A stretch of DNA of 64,000 nucleotides, taken from Haliotis cracherodii. Its lineage: Eukaryota. The stretch is taken from positions 18,166,001-18,230,000 of the forward strand of contig NW_027266273.1 in NCBI RefSeq assembly GCF_022045235.1, written 5' to 3'. Of the stretch, positions 1 through 11,636 are shown piece by piece. The notes below the pieces were generated by a model. That model ran no database searches. It had not been told where the DNA came from and saw only the letters and a list, made by a program, of their open reading frames with translations. Made by a program: the position numbers and the translations under genes. The stretch's first letter is position 1, and the number at the start of each line of letters is the position of its first letter.

Positions 1-504
1 TCAGGAAACCCAACATGAGGAAAAGTATTAGGTAAATTTTCAAACCAGTGGTTGATAAGTTGAACAAAAATCCACACTGACACATGAATCATACACACAC
101 TTCCTCTATCCATCAACCATTATCATACCTCCATGTCAGAATGATGAGATCGGATTGCCATGAGCAAGTAAGGCTGCATGTGAATTTCTGAGAGGAAAAA
201 TAAATCCCTTATACCTCGCATCAAAGCAAAAAGCTGCACGATTTTTCTGTGTCATTTGACATAGGGCAAGCTAACCTCAGCTCAATGGAACAGCTGTTTT
301 CAATCAATTATGAATTTGTTTGAATTCTTTTACAATGTCATATTTAAACATATTGGTGAGATAAGGTTAGGTTGTATACCACTCGATCCCAGCCCCTAAC
401 CCTCCGGCTCGTGTTATAAAACCTAATGTGGAACGCATAAAACCCCATGTACCCCCATCATCCGGCTATAACTTATATTGTAACCCTGAGAACCACAATA
501 CGCT

Positions 505-821
505 CAATCTCATTAAAATCAGATCTTAGTTCTCGCAATCTAGACCATATATTAGCCATTCGTGAATGTTCTTTTGTTCAGGTTTCAAATTCTAAAGCGA
601 GAATTTGTCAAAATATGTTTCGAAGCGTAGTCACCAATTTGCAATTAGTGCCATAAAGCACGAGAAAGCTGCCTTCTGATTGGCTAATGTCTATTTCTTG
701 TCAGTAATTCCATTGGTCGGTCAGAGTTTGCAAAAGGTCGGTCTGACGTGACCCATAATGGGATGTCCTCAGATCTTTGTTTAGCGGCAGCGAGAACTAA
801 GATCTGATTTTAATGAGATTG
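505..821. mobile_element. MITE with 32-bp perfect TIRs and a 9-bp TSD
   Basis: caatctcattaaaatcagatcttagttctcgc (505-536) is inverted at 790-821. Flanks are caatacgct and caatatgct. A partial copy lies at about 3090-3145. Confidence 0.8.
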
Positions 822-1270
822 CAATATGCTGAGTCAACACTGGAGGATCATAAGGACATATTCTGCCCCACACTCCACAATGGATTCCCTGCTAAAGAAC
901 TTACACAATCTCCAGGTCCATGTAGATCTCATCTCTCCGCACATTCTGAGTGTACACCTTCACTCCACCAATCCTGGGTGGCTACAAAAGAATCATTACA
1001 ACCGTAACAAGAAAGAACATCTTATGCTATAGGTTTTCCAACAGTCAGTCCTTTAAATTAATGAGTAAGTTGGAAATTGATAGAATTATCTCAAACTTCA
1101 CCTCAGTGTCAAATGACAATGACGGCCCAACTAACAATCGCGACATGTAACTGAATAACACAGTGATCCAATGATACACCCCACACTTCTGATGTTGGCC
1201 GCAGTGATGAGACGCAAAACAATCATCATGAAGCGTGGTTGCTGTCCGGTAAGTAGGACACAATAGTGTG

Positions 1271-1610
1271 TACCGTATTCGACGCAATAAGCGCCCCGCT
1301 CTAAAGAGCGCCACGGCGATATTTCTTAATATATTGGCTAGTGAACAATCCAAATCAGCACCCATTCCGATTGATCAATGTACAAAAGACTTATTAATTC
1401 GCGTATAATACGCACTCGTGTCTTATATGCAAACTTAATGATGGGCAATTAAATTCTGGAAGAATATATATGTTGTATATATACATTTCAGGCTGTCCGC
1501 ATAAACCACAAAATTTATCTTTCAACTCTGTTTTTTCACCAAAATACTATTCTAATAAGAGCCCCCTAATTTTGAGAGCGCCCTGGGCACTTATTACTTC
1601 GAATGTGGTA
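1271..1610. mobile_element. Degenerate TA-flanked MITE (Tc1/mariner-pogo type)
   Basis: Imperfect TIRs taccgtattcgacgcaataagcgccc and gggcacttattacttcgaatgtggta. Confidence 0.45.
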
Positions 1611-2331
1611 TTTTGCAAGTTTGTTGGTACCAGTAATTCAAATTCACTGTCCAGATGTAGAAACCAGATTTCTAGACAAAAGAATTATTTTATGTTGTAT
1701 TTATTTTGTTTCACATAAACATCATCCAAGCAAGGTTTACGGGTATCTTGGATCCCGAAAAGCAGGTTCCCAGGTATTTATCTAGACTTGCTCAGTGGCT
1801 GATTTTCAGCCCTAAGTCTGCAGTAAATGTCAGTTAAAATTCACAATTGACCACTTCCTGCTGTAATCATTAAATCAATGTGATAACTTGGTAAAGTTGA
1901 CATGTCTTCCCCTGTTAACAGGACAACAAAGTGGGAGAGCATGCAATGATTGTACCTACATTATTGTATTGATTGCAATGTCAACATTCCCCTGAATTTA
2001 GGAAAATAGGATTTGGAAGAAACATCGCAAAAAAATGAACAAAATAGAAATGTTTTCCCGATTTACAGGCTAAAGGCACCTGGTTTGGAATCCTTGATAA
2101 ATTCCTGGTTCCACTGCAGCATTGCTAAAAACTTTGTTATTTGCAACTGAAGTAAACTGCAAAGATTTGTTTGTACAAGCAGAAAAATTGGTAATGTTCA
2201 AAGTGATGAAGAAGATTCACTGAATTATAGTGAATATATCATGTTATACCACATACTACTTCATCTCTTCACAGGATAAATGCCAGTGCCACAATGTGAA
2301 GTGAACTGGTTTGTATGGTCATATGACTCAC

Positions 2332-2469
2332 AATATCTCCGATGTCGATCTTGCTGAACTTGAAAGACGAGAGGGATGCGGGAAGACTCTCGCGAATTTT
2401 TGGCTCGATGGACTCTCTGAGAAGTTTGTCGACATAATCCCCTATGTAGGGCCACAACTGGTCGATCAT
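2332..2469 (-). CDS. ESYT2: Extended synaptotagmin, coding exon 3 (SMP domain); the gene continues beyond the left edge
   Basis: aacag|MIDQLWPYIGDYVDKLLRESIEPKIRESLPASLSSFKFSKIDIGDI|gtgagt, 138 nt, phase 0-0. The expected next exon (PPRIGGVKVY-like) was not recognised in 1-2331. Confidence 0.92.
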
Positions 2470-2793
2470 CTGTTGCAAACAAAATTTTAAAACATAAAGC
2501 TACATCTAAATACATTGTTAAAACCACTCACGAATACTAAATGTACAACAGAGAGATGGAAATGGTTTCACTCAGTATACAGTAACTAGATCCATCAATG
2601 TATCATGGAGATGATATTCACACCATGCTGTCATCATGGTCAAAATTTAAAACGCAGGGAAAACCACCCATCGCCATGGTTTCTGCCCAACAGCTAACAA
2701 ATTAAATATATGTAAATGCCATGCTTTCCAGACTTTGCAACTGAAAATATCTGAACTTCACAATAAAAAATTCTGGATTTAGAATCTCATTAT

Positions 2794-2949
2794 CAGGGGT
2801 AGAAACTAACATTTTTAGTCCACTAGTCCTTATAATGGTAACATATAGCAAAACCCTTAAAAATGGCAAATTTCTACTCGTCCTTATGATACTTTAACTA
2901 TTGGGCAGTTTGGACAGGACTACAGGACTAGTGCCAATTTCTAACGCTG
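2794..2949. mobile_element. 156-bp MITE (CAG...CTG ends), copy 1
   Basis: Similar along its whole length to 5718-5873. TIR cagggg/cagcgttagaaa; attat on both flanks. Confidence 0.65.
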
Positions 2950-3274
2950 ATTATGAAAAATATATGCGGCATTCAAAACATAACATGGAACTTGGAAGTC
3001 AAAGAAACTTTGTCATAAGTGTAATGTTGAAAGTTAATGATTGAGGAGGTCTTCAAATTAAAACACTATAGCTGCAAATATAAAGGTCCCCTCTCAGATC
3101 TTTGTTTAGCAGGAGGGAGAACTAAGATCTGATATTAATAAGATTTTTTTACAATTTGGTCATAGACTTTGATTCATACACAAATAATACCAGGATATCA
3201 TTCTTCATGAAGCTGCGAGTCACAAACATGTCACGTCATTACAAACGCACAACAAATGATTTCAGAAAACTGAC

Positions 3275-3316
3275 CTTGTTCAACCATTCTGCTCTCTCGA
3301 CATCCGGGAAACATAC
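3275..3316 (-). CDS. ESYT2: Extended synaptotagmin, coding exon 2 (42 nt, start of SMP domain)
   Basis: cag|GTA TGT TTC CCG GAT GTC GAG AGA GCA GAA TGG TTG AAC AAG|gtcag = VCFPDVERAEWLNK, the conserved E-Syt motif, phase 0-0. Not shown in this frame in the ORF track. Confidence 0.93.
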
Positions 3317-3696
3317 CTGCAAGTATAAACACAGTTTTATTGACATCAATATTACCTGGATGTGGATTACACATCACATCATCAGCCATGGGTGATGCAT
3401 CCGGCAACAGGTGGGGACGTGGGGAGCACATCATCCCACGATGACAGATGAATCATTCTCCCATAAAAAACATCAGGGATGATGACATAGGAAATATATG
3501 TCAACTATGCTTAGTATGCAAAAGGTCTTGTCAAAACATTGAGGAACAAGCACTGCCATTTTTTAAACGAGTCTATTTTGTTAACAAAATTAACATACAA
3601 GTGTGTTTGGTAGTCATGCTATTTGTAGAACAGACAAAATAAACCAAATGAGTTTTGTTATAAATGTCTAAATGACTGTTTATATATTATACAGGG

Positions 3697-3706
3697 AGGG
3701 GTGTGT

Positions 3707-3747
<41 letters not shown>

Positions 3748-3760
3748 GGGGGGGGGGGGG
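3697..3760. repeat. (GT)n plus poly-G microsatellite
   Basis: Seen directly. Confidence 0.95.
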
Positions 3761-4402
3761 TGTTTGAGGGGATTGGTCTTAGGACTGTAACACATTTTGC
3801 TGAACTAAACCCCATATTAGGCTAAAAGAAATAAGACCGGTAGTCTTGTTTCTCAGGCACCGACCACATCATCCTAAAGTCTGACGCACTTTTCCTTTTT
3901 ATTTCCCTTTTCTAAATCTAATACTTAAAAACAATGCAATCCAAAATAGCATCCAGTTACTTCCTGCTGTACTGTGCATCGCCTGTTATGGTCATGGGAG
4001 TTTGTATGCTTGTAATAGGAGTTTGTATGCTTGTTTATGTAGGGAGGTCCTTTCCCTGGTTGATGGTACACAACTGTTTATCTGGTGACATACTAGTTTG
4101 AAGAAGAAAAAAAAAGACACCACCCGTCCGCACTATATTTTCAAAAGTCATTGCCTGAGAACCAATTCTTTTATTTTTTTTTAGGCCCTATGTAACACTT
4201 TTTCATGCCCCCTCCCCCACCTCCTCCTTGTAAAGTGGTTGTTGTACGAGTCCTATGACCAGTCCCTACAAATGACCTATCCCTCTGTACACAAGTTCGA
4301 GGGTAGGAGGTTGGAGGCCCATTTAGTTTCTTTGTTCACAGTAATCACAGTGACATTATGAAGCTGATGTTGAAGTTGAGGAGATGTGTACATGTTTTTA
4401 TC

Positions 4403-4610
4403 TTTTTTCAGCTACATGAAGGCGGTCTGTACATTATCAAGTCCGGACCCGACAATCCAGTGATTGACACCGTGAGCTTCGATCTACAAGATTGGGATAC
4501 GATAACATGCATCAACCAAGTCAGCGAGCCTGACCACCGATCCTGTTTGTCGCCTATTACGGGAAGCATGGGATGCTGAAGACCAACTCTAACTGGGATG
4601 TTCATGGGGC
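4403..4610 (-). mobile_element. Short retroposon family B (no tRNA head), decayed
   Basis: The reverse complement matches 11359-11636. Confidence 0.8.
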
Positions 4611-4770
4611 CAGACTAGAATGTCTAATATATTTCCTGTTGTAATTGATGTATTACATACTTTTCAAATATGTTCTGAAATTGTTCAAATGATGTAAGGG
4701 TGAGCGTGGGGGTCACAATAGCAACAAATTATGTCAGTGTTTTCACTCATGTTCCTCAATCTACTGACAG

Positions 4771-4979
4771 CAACTATGCTTGTTGTAAGAGGCGACTAAC
4801 GGGACCGGGTGGTCAGGCTTGCTGACCTGGCTGATGCATGTCATTGTATCCCAATTGAGAGGATCAGTGCTCATGATATCAATCACTGGATTGTCTGGTC
4901 CAGACTCGATTATTTACAGACCGCTGTCACATAGCTGAAATATTGCTGAATGCAGCGTTAAAACAACAAACAACAACAA
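4771..4979 (+). mobile_element. Short retroposon family B, 5'-truncated
   Basis: atgcttgttgtaagaggcgactaacggg...atattgctgaatgcagcgttaaaac followed by (AAC)n. Confidence 0.85.
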
Positions 4980-5306
4980 GACCCCCGGACATTTCGCACT
5001 GAGAAACACTTGTCCACAACTTAGTGACACTTGATTTTTGTACAGCCATTTTGAAATAAGTACATATCAGTTCATAAACCTTGGGTTCATACAGTTAGGC
5101 ATATAGCAATCAAATGTAACTATAGAGGGATAAACCAACCTATTATGTTTCAAAGGACACTCTTTAAGAGAAATAAGTATTCCATTGACAAATGAGGCAA
5201 ACAAAAGCATTCATAAAAGCTAAAGTTTCTTTACATGCTTTATCAATTCTGAATGGGTACGAACATTGGCACTTCATCTGATGCTCATGTCTATTGGTCA
5301 ATATAT

Positions 5307-5712
5307 TAGGGCTGGGACGAGTCCAAATTTACTACCCCGGTACCCGACCCCCTATTACCCGACACTACCCAGGTACCCGCTGTAGGTCTCAAGAGTTAGG
5401 TACAAAATCTCTGATTGGGAATTACATTTTATTGGAGCCTTGGCAAAAGGTATTTAGTTACACATACAAAACAATCTGGTTATGCGTACACTGTAGTGAA
5501 AAACTAACAAGTCAGAAGGAATGGGTGCATAGTCAGAAAGAAATGCAAACATAAGTGTTGTGTAACCGGCTGGTATCCATGGGGTTTTAGTGAATTCTGG
5601 TCATAGAACAATACATCATGTGACTAACCACGGTCCAGGAAGTCCTGTGGGTACCCGGGTCCTACTCAGTACCAACCCGACCCGAGTACCTGAGTTACCC
5701 ATCCCAGCCCTA
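5307..5712. mobile_element. hAT-like MITE
   Basis: TIRs tagggctggga and tcccagcccta; subterminal tacccg repeats; 8-bp TSD caatatat (the right copy is split by the next MITE). Confidence 0.75.
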
Positions 5713-5717
5713 CAATA

Positions 5718-5873
5718 CAGTGATAGAAACTAACAGTTTTAGTCTACTAGTCCTTTTATTGATAACATATAGCAAATCCCTTAAAAAATGCAACATTCTA
5801 CTAGTCCTTATGCTACCTTAACCATTGGGCAGTTTTGCAAGGACTATAGGACTAGTGCCAATTTCTAACGCTG
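5718..5873. mobile_element. 156-bp MITE, copy 2
   Basis: Homologous to 2794-2949; flanks caata and caaca. Confidence 0.65.
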
Positions 5874-7575
5874 CAACATATGCATTGTATCAAAATGTTT
5901 TGTTTGGAATTGACTGCAAATGATTGTTGTATTTTGTGACACAGATCATCTAGTTGATTGGGGTCGAGTTGGGGAGGGGCAGTAAGAATTTTCACAGTTA
6001 TTGACAATATTTAGAGGCCCTTGGTGGCATGTCCTTCAGTATAAAATGTTCACATTTGCTAAACAAATAATCTTTTTCTTAGGATATGAAATTTGACATT
6101 TTTAGCATAAGATCAACAGTGTGATTATGAACAAAAATACTTGAGTCTCACAGCTGTGTGTGTGAGTTGACATGTATGAGTGTACTGTTTCTCAGCTATT
6201 TATCTACTACTGTATCCTCATGATCATGAAACAATAACATAGTATGACTCAATATTATTGCAGACACTTTTATTGCGGTATGGGTAAATTTTGTAATCTA
6301 CACCCCCTGTCGACTGGTTACTTTAGCAAATCTAAGCACAATATGTCATTGCTTGATTGAATACAGAACTTGTTCGGTATGTCACGTTTACTCGTAAGTA
6401 TACACATTATCACTTATTATCTTTTTTAAGTTAGTTTCTGGAATGTTTTTGAAGTGGAATTACCTCTACCTCCATTCATAATTGATTAAAACAGAACCCA
6501 TTTGTTTGGACGAAGTCCCTTAACCCAACCTAGGTTGTATGCATACTGATTATGCATAATCCAAAACAGGAAGTGATGTAAAGCACACGTATCATACCAC
6601 AAAATAGCCATACCGCGATAACAGAGTTGCATGCCCTTAAGTCAATAATTACAGGTACTTTTTTTACCAAACTCGGTAGAGAAAATCAGCATTGATCTAT
6701 CATATTTGATGTATTATAAAAGTTGAACAAAGAACAAGAAACATTTTGCGTATGACTTTTTTAATAGTGTGCACCATTACGATCCATCATAAATTAACCA
6801 TCGCGATAATATAGCGTGTCAGTGCATCACATAGCTTTACAACATTGATTGCCTATTACAGTCACAAGTTACATTAATCAATCCATTCTATTTCAAAACT
6901 TACTGCAATAATGTCATACATTGCTGTGTTTTACAGTTTTTTACTTTTTGCATTTGGACCATTTACAAATTTGGGAATTGCTGTACGTAATCATGGCTTT
7001 GGGAATTGCTGTACGTAATCATGGCCTTGAGATAATCACCCCCTGTGGCAGGAAACTGGGCAATGCCTTGATCGGCCAAGCATTACCAGTGTATTGTCGT
7101 TCAGTTGCCTGAAGGGTTAGTTTGACCTAACTTCCTAATCTGCTGACAGCTACTGCTGTCACGCTTGACACCAACATAGGATAAATATGTCGTCCATCTG
7201 TATCTACTGGCGACCAACTTGACGGCCGTGTAAGGAATGCAAAAAGGCGATGCACCCACACAGTCAGTGGGCGTGACGAAATTAGTGACAACAGGCATGT
7301 TTTCGACTGGACGACCCTGGTCCATGGCTTTCAGTGCAAGGAAGAATCTTTGAAATCACATCAATCCGAAATGTCCACTCACCCATTACCCAAAACTGTG
7401 ATAAAAAAAATGCTCCATTCATCTTATATGTTGGACAGAAAACAGCACGAGGTTGAACCACAATAACGTGGACAATCAGTATACCTTTACCGCGGTTGAG
7501 GTAACCGAATCGAACACCTGTCCAACTGTTTACTGTTAGCCTTGAAACAATAATGCAATGTTTTCTCCAACTTAC

Positions 7576-7875
7576 CCATGATGGCAAATCTTCTACTCTG
7601 GCCAATATCTCATTCTTTTCATCCCTGGCAGTGCGTTGGTTGATCTCGATTTTCAGTTTCTTTTCACGAGTATGCTTCTCCTTCCAAACATAGACCACTA
7701 GACCCAGGAGGAGCCAACTTGGGGAGAAGGCGAAATAGCCAACAAACCATACCACTAAAGCGAGACCGGCTAGTTTGAAGTACTCCGTTACAACATTCAG
7801 AAGTAATGTATCGTCAAGTGCAGTCTTCCGTTTGGGGGATGCAGGTTTCCCAGTTTCTTCTGCCGGTGCAGACAT
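7576..7875 (-). CDS. ESYT2: Extended synaptotagmin, coding exon 1 (N-terminus plus hairpin membrane anchor)
   Basis: CCACC-ATG Kozak context. Encodes MSAPAEET...YFKLAGLALVVWFVGYFAFSPSWLLLGLVVYVW...ILARVEDLPSW, then a GTAAG donor at 7575 (phase 0). The hydrophobic hairpin followed by LPSW is typical of E-Syt. Paralogue numbering is nominal for an invertebrate. Confidence 0.92.
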
Positions 7876-9714
7876 GGTGGATGTCAGGGAAGTTGTGCTC
7901 ACATTCCACAACACATCTAACGGGAAAGCTTCGCTTCGCTGCTTTTTGCAGCTCGTTTCCGCGCTCCTTTCTTTATCGACTAGTATAACCTGCTAGTCAG
8001 GTTTGATGTGGCAACATTTCTGTTGAAGCTATTATTTGGAACCTAGATAGGTGTTTATTTCATCTGGGCAGATTAAAAATGACACGTTTTCTTTACATTA
8101 TGTATTTCATTATTGAAAATATGCTAATTGTGTCTATGCATCCAAGGTTATTAGTTTTTAGTTCGGTTAACACAACTAGTAGCGTTTACCAATTAGTATG
8201 GCGGACAGCTTCATTGCTATTTATAGTAACAGATGTATAGCGCGAGTAGAACAGTTCCGCCACTCATCAACTATGTCACGTCACTGATGTGATAGAACAT
8301 GTTATTTAACAAGAAGAGACAACTGTTCTATATATAAATAAGCTGACGAATTATGAGCTAATGATGATTCTATTATATGGTCTCTGGTATTAGGATCTAC
8401 AACGAAACGTCTATGGAGTTACGTTGGCTAATAAAGTTGTTCATAATATATATATCAAATCATTATCCTTACATTCCCCAAATTCTAATATGGCGGATAA
8501 AAAGTCTTAACAGGACGCTGTGCCTCAAAGCGATCTTAGCACTATAGGCTTACGATCATCGTAGTGCTAAGATCGCTTTGAGGAACCGTGTGTGTTAGAT
8601 TTTATTTGTAACAAAATGTGGTAATCTATAATGACAACTGAAATTTGAACAATAAAACGAATCGATAATCTTTTTTTAATATGTTTTTACATGTTCATTC
8701 ATAGTATGTGATGGTTATTTATTTTTTCATATTTTGACGCCAGCCGAAAATAATTGTGAGAGCGCGGTTTGCCTACATCACAAACCATCTACCACTAAGA
8801 TCATATGCGTAAAGATTCCGATTTTCAAGTAAGACAATATATACTGAACATCATTTAAAACGCACCAGCAATAAATCTTGAAATATTACAAAAACAACTT
8901 GCACAATGACCGATTTTAATTAGACGGATTATTAAGAAAGACGACAAAGGAAACAGGAATACCACACAGTAATTACATTTACGTCATCAGTGTAGGGAAG
9001 ACACATAGGGTTAAAATGAAAAGTCAATACCTGACATGTCCGCCATTGGCAGCAACACAGGCCATGCAACGTATCATTGATCGAATAAGTCTGCGAATAG
9101 TGTTCTGGGGCATTCCACTCTTGACGTAGTGTATCTTCAACTTACATCCATTTTCATGGTGGTGCGTTTTCAATGCTGTTCAGTATATATCAAGTTCGAC
9201 CGTGTAGAGTTTAAATTAATACTTTACTGCATAAATGGTAAACTGAGGTTTACTTGTACGAAAAATGTGCTTTTGGGGGTATACATTTTTAGGGGGTGTT
9301 TTATAGGTGTAAGCAATTGCCTTTCTGCTACAGTGGTAGTTACGCCACTGTTAGGTAAACACGATGGAACAGCCCGTACTTCCGTGCAACGACAGGTCAA
9401 TATTAAAATCGTTTAGAGGAAGCATCACAGAAATACGACTACCACAGCAAATATTGTGAATATTATCCTTAATCTGTACTCAAGGTTAAATAACCATGAT
9501 AATGATCTTACGTTTCATAACGTATTTACTTAAAATATACATGCCCGTAGGAAGGAATTTCATAGCGGGGGAAATGGATCGAAACTCGTCAATAACATGT
9601 TTATTACACCGTGCGGGTGACCTGACCATGATATTTTCATGCCTTTTTAGATACCATATGTTCTACACATACATATGTGTATGGGATATAAGATAAAGAA
9701 TACATAATATTATA

Positions 9715-9943
9715 TAACCCATGCTTTTCGCAAAAGCGGACTAGTCGTAAAAGCTGACTTGTAAAAGCCGATCGGGGGGGGTCAGGCTCGCTGACTTGGT
9801 TGATGCCTGTCATCGTATCCCAATTGCATGGATCGATGTTCATGATGTCAATCACTGGATCTTCTGGTCCAGACTCGATTATTTACTGACCGCCGTCATA
9901 TAACTGGAATATTGCCGAGTGCGGCGTTAAACAAGAACCAAAC
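9715..9943 (+). mobile_element. Short retroposon family B
   Basis: Body and tail match the other B copies. Confidence 0.8.
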
Positions 9944-10279
9944 AATGTTTAATGAAATGAGTCTTTTCGCATTACATCAGGACATGTACCTACCATCTAA
10001 CACACGAGAATGTGACCCTGTCACTAAAGAATGGGGGAGCGAAACGTGTTCCGTATCAATTATGAAATACCTGAATACGCAAAATTGTCTGTGTAAAATT
10101 TCGGAGGCACGTGCGTTGACAAAACTAGCCAAATAATGACAGGTTGCACGGAAGGCCGTTCTTTGAGCAAAACCTAAATATTAAACTATTAAACTAATTA
10201 AAACTTTCTGCAAAGCGACTTACCTTGTTTTCGGAGGACACATCCCATACCATCTTTGTAGATACAAAATTGTAACTTT

Positions 10280-10578
10280 CCTTCTTTGGACATATTTAGG
10301 GGGCACGGGTGACCCCGTCGTCTAAGGCGCCGCGATTCCCTGTGCAGATATGCGCCCCTTAGGCATGCCAGAAACCTATGATTGTGGGTTCGAATCCCTG
10401 TTTGCCCCGATTATGTTTCTAGGTTTGTCAGCACCATACCCGTGCTTGGGTTTCACCGAAGTGGTAAACGTCTGAGACCTGCATCACTTCGGGCTTTCAT
10501 CCCACATTGAGCTGACACACCGTTATATAACTGGAATACTGTTAAAAGCGGCGTTAAACCCAACTCACTCACTCACTC
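10280..10578 (+). mobile_element. tRNA-derived SINE family C
   Basis: A-box-like head (gtcgtctaaggcgcc), B box ggttcgaatccc, tail ctggaatactgttaaaagcggcgttaaac followed by (ACTC)n. Other copies at 16870 and 53085. Confidence 0.85.
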
Positions 10579-10640
10579 ATAAACGAAGGCTGTAGCTTAA
10601 ACATGTGTTAACGCCAGTAAATGTACTGCTACTATCTGAT

Positions 10641-10822
10641 GAGAGTGAGTGAATGAGTATGGTTTTACGCCGCCTTTAGCAATATTCCAGCAATATGATG
10701 GCGGGGGACAACAGAAATCGATTCTCCACATTGTACCCATGTGGGGAATCGAACCCGGGTCTTCGGCGTGACGAGCGAACGCTTTAACAACTAGGTTACA
10801 ACTAGGCTACCCGACCGCCCCC
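10641..10822 (-). mobile_element. tRNA-derived SINE family A
   Basis: The minus strand reads tagcctagt...gggttcgattcccc (A/B boxes), then the tail gctggaatattgctaaaggcggcgtaaaac and (ACTC)n. Confidence 0.9.
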
Positions 10823-10926
10823 AATATAAGTACACATTAAGGGTGTAAGTTAATGTATAAGATAAGACTGAGTGGATATATGTAGTACATTGCGAATGTA
10901 GATTAGTAACGTTCATAGAACATATA

Positions 10927-11101
10927 CAGTAAACTACGGTTATAACGAACATGCTTATAACGAACTAACGGATATAACGAACTAACTTTTTAGTCCCGAC
11001 TATATGCTGTAGTTATGCTGTATATATGCTTATAACGAATTTCGGTTATAACGAACTAAAATTAGTAGTCCCTTTGAGTTCGTTATAACCGTAGTTTACT
11101 G
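10927..11101. mobile_element. Tc1/mariner (pogo/Tigger-like) MITE
   Basis: Perfect 24-bp TIR cagtaaactacggttataacgaac, TA TSD, internal ttataacgaa repeats. Confidence 0.9.
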
Positions 11102-11358
11102 TAGTAACAAACTGTATTTCTACCGGCGTTTGAGGATTGTCACCCCTGATCTACTATGTACAAATAAACTTTACACAGTCAGCAAATGCATGATGATCAT
11201 TCTGATAAACTGCCGAGGCATTGTCTTGTTTTTAGACTCTTTCCTGGAATGGATTCATGTTTTGGTAGTTGAGGGGGAACTGCTCTTACTTGTTTATCCA
11301 TAATTGGTTGGGCCAGATGATTTTACCTGGGATTTCTTCAATACAGCTTATACATCGT

Positions 11359-11636
11359 GACCCGTGAAGATCCGGGGTAGAAAAGGTCTTCAGCAACCCA
11401 TGCTTGCCGTAAAGGGTGACTATGTTTGTCGTAAGAGGCGACCAACGGGATAGGGTGGCCAGGCTCGCTGACTTGGTTGATGCATGTCATCAATCCCAAT
11501 TGCGTGGATCGATTCTCGTGATGTCAGTCACTGGATTGTCTGGTTCAGAGTCTATTATTTACAGACCGCCGTCATATAGCTTGAATATTGCTGAGTGCGG
11601 CGTTAAACAACAAACCAACCAACCAACCAACCAACC
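11359..11636 (+). mobile_element. Short retroposon family B, full length
   Basis: Starts gacccgtgaagatccgggg and ends gcggcgttaaac followed by (AACC)n; no Pol III boxes recognised. Confidence 0.88.

Noticed and set aside
7282-7575. C-terminal half of the 210-aa ORF as coding sequence
   Set aside because: It is intron read-through after the GTAAG donor; E-Syt homology resumes at 3316.
10630-10660. Hammerhead ribozyme core (ctgatgag), and other CTGA(T/A)GA hits near the Penelope-like remnants
   Set aside because: No stem II plus GAAA or closing stems were found by eye. The 10636 motif overlaps a SINE tail.
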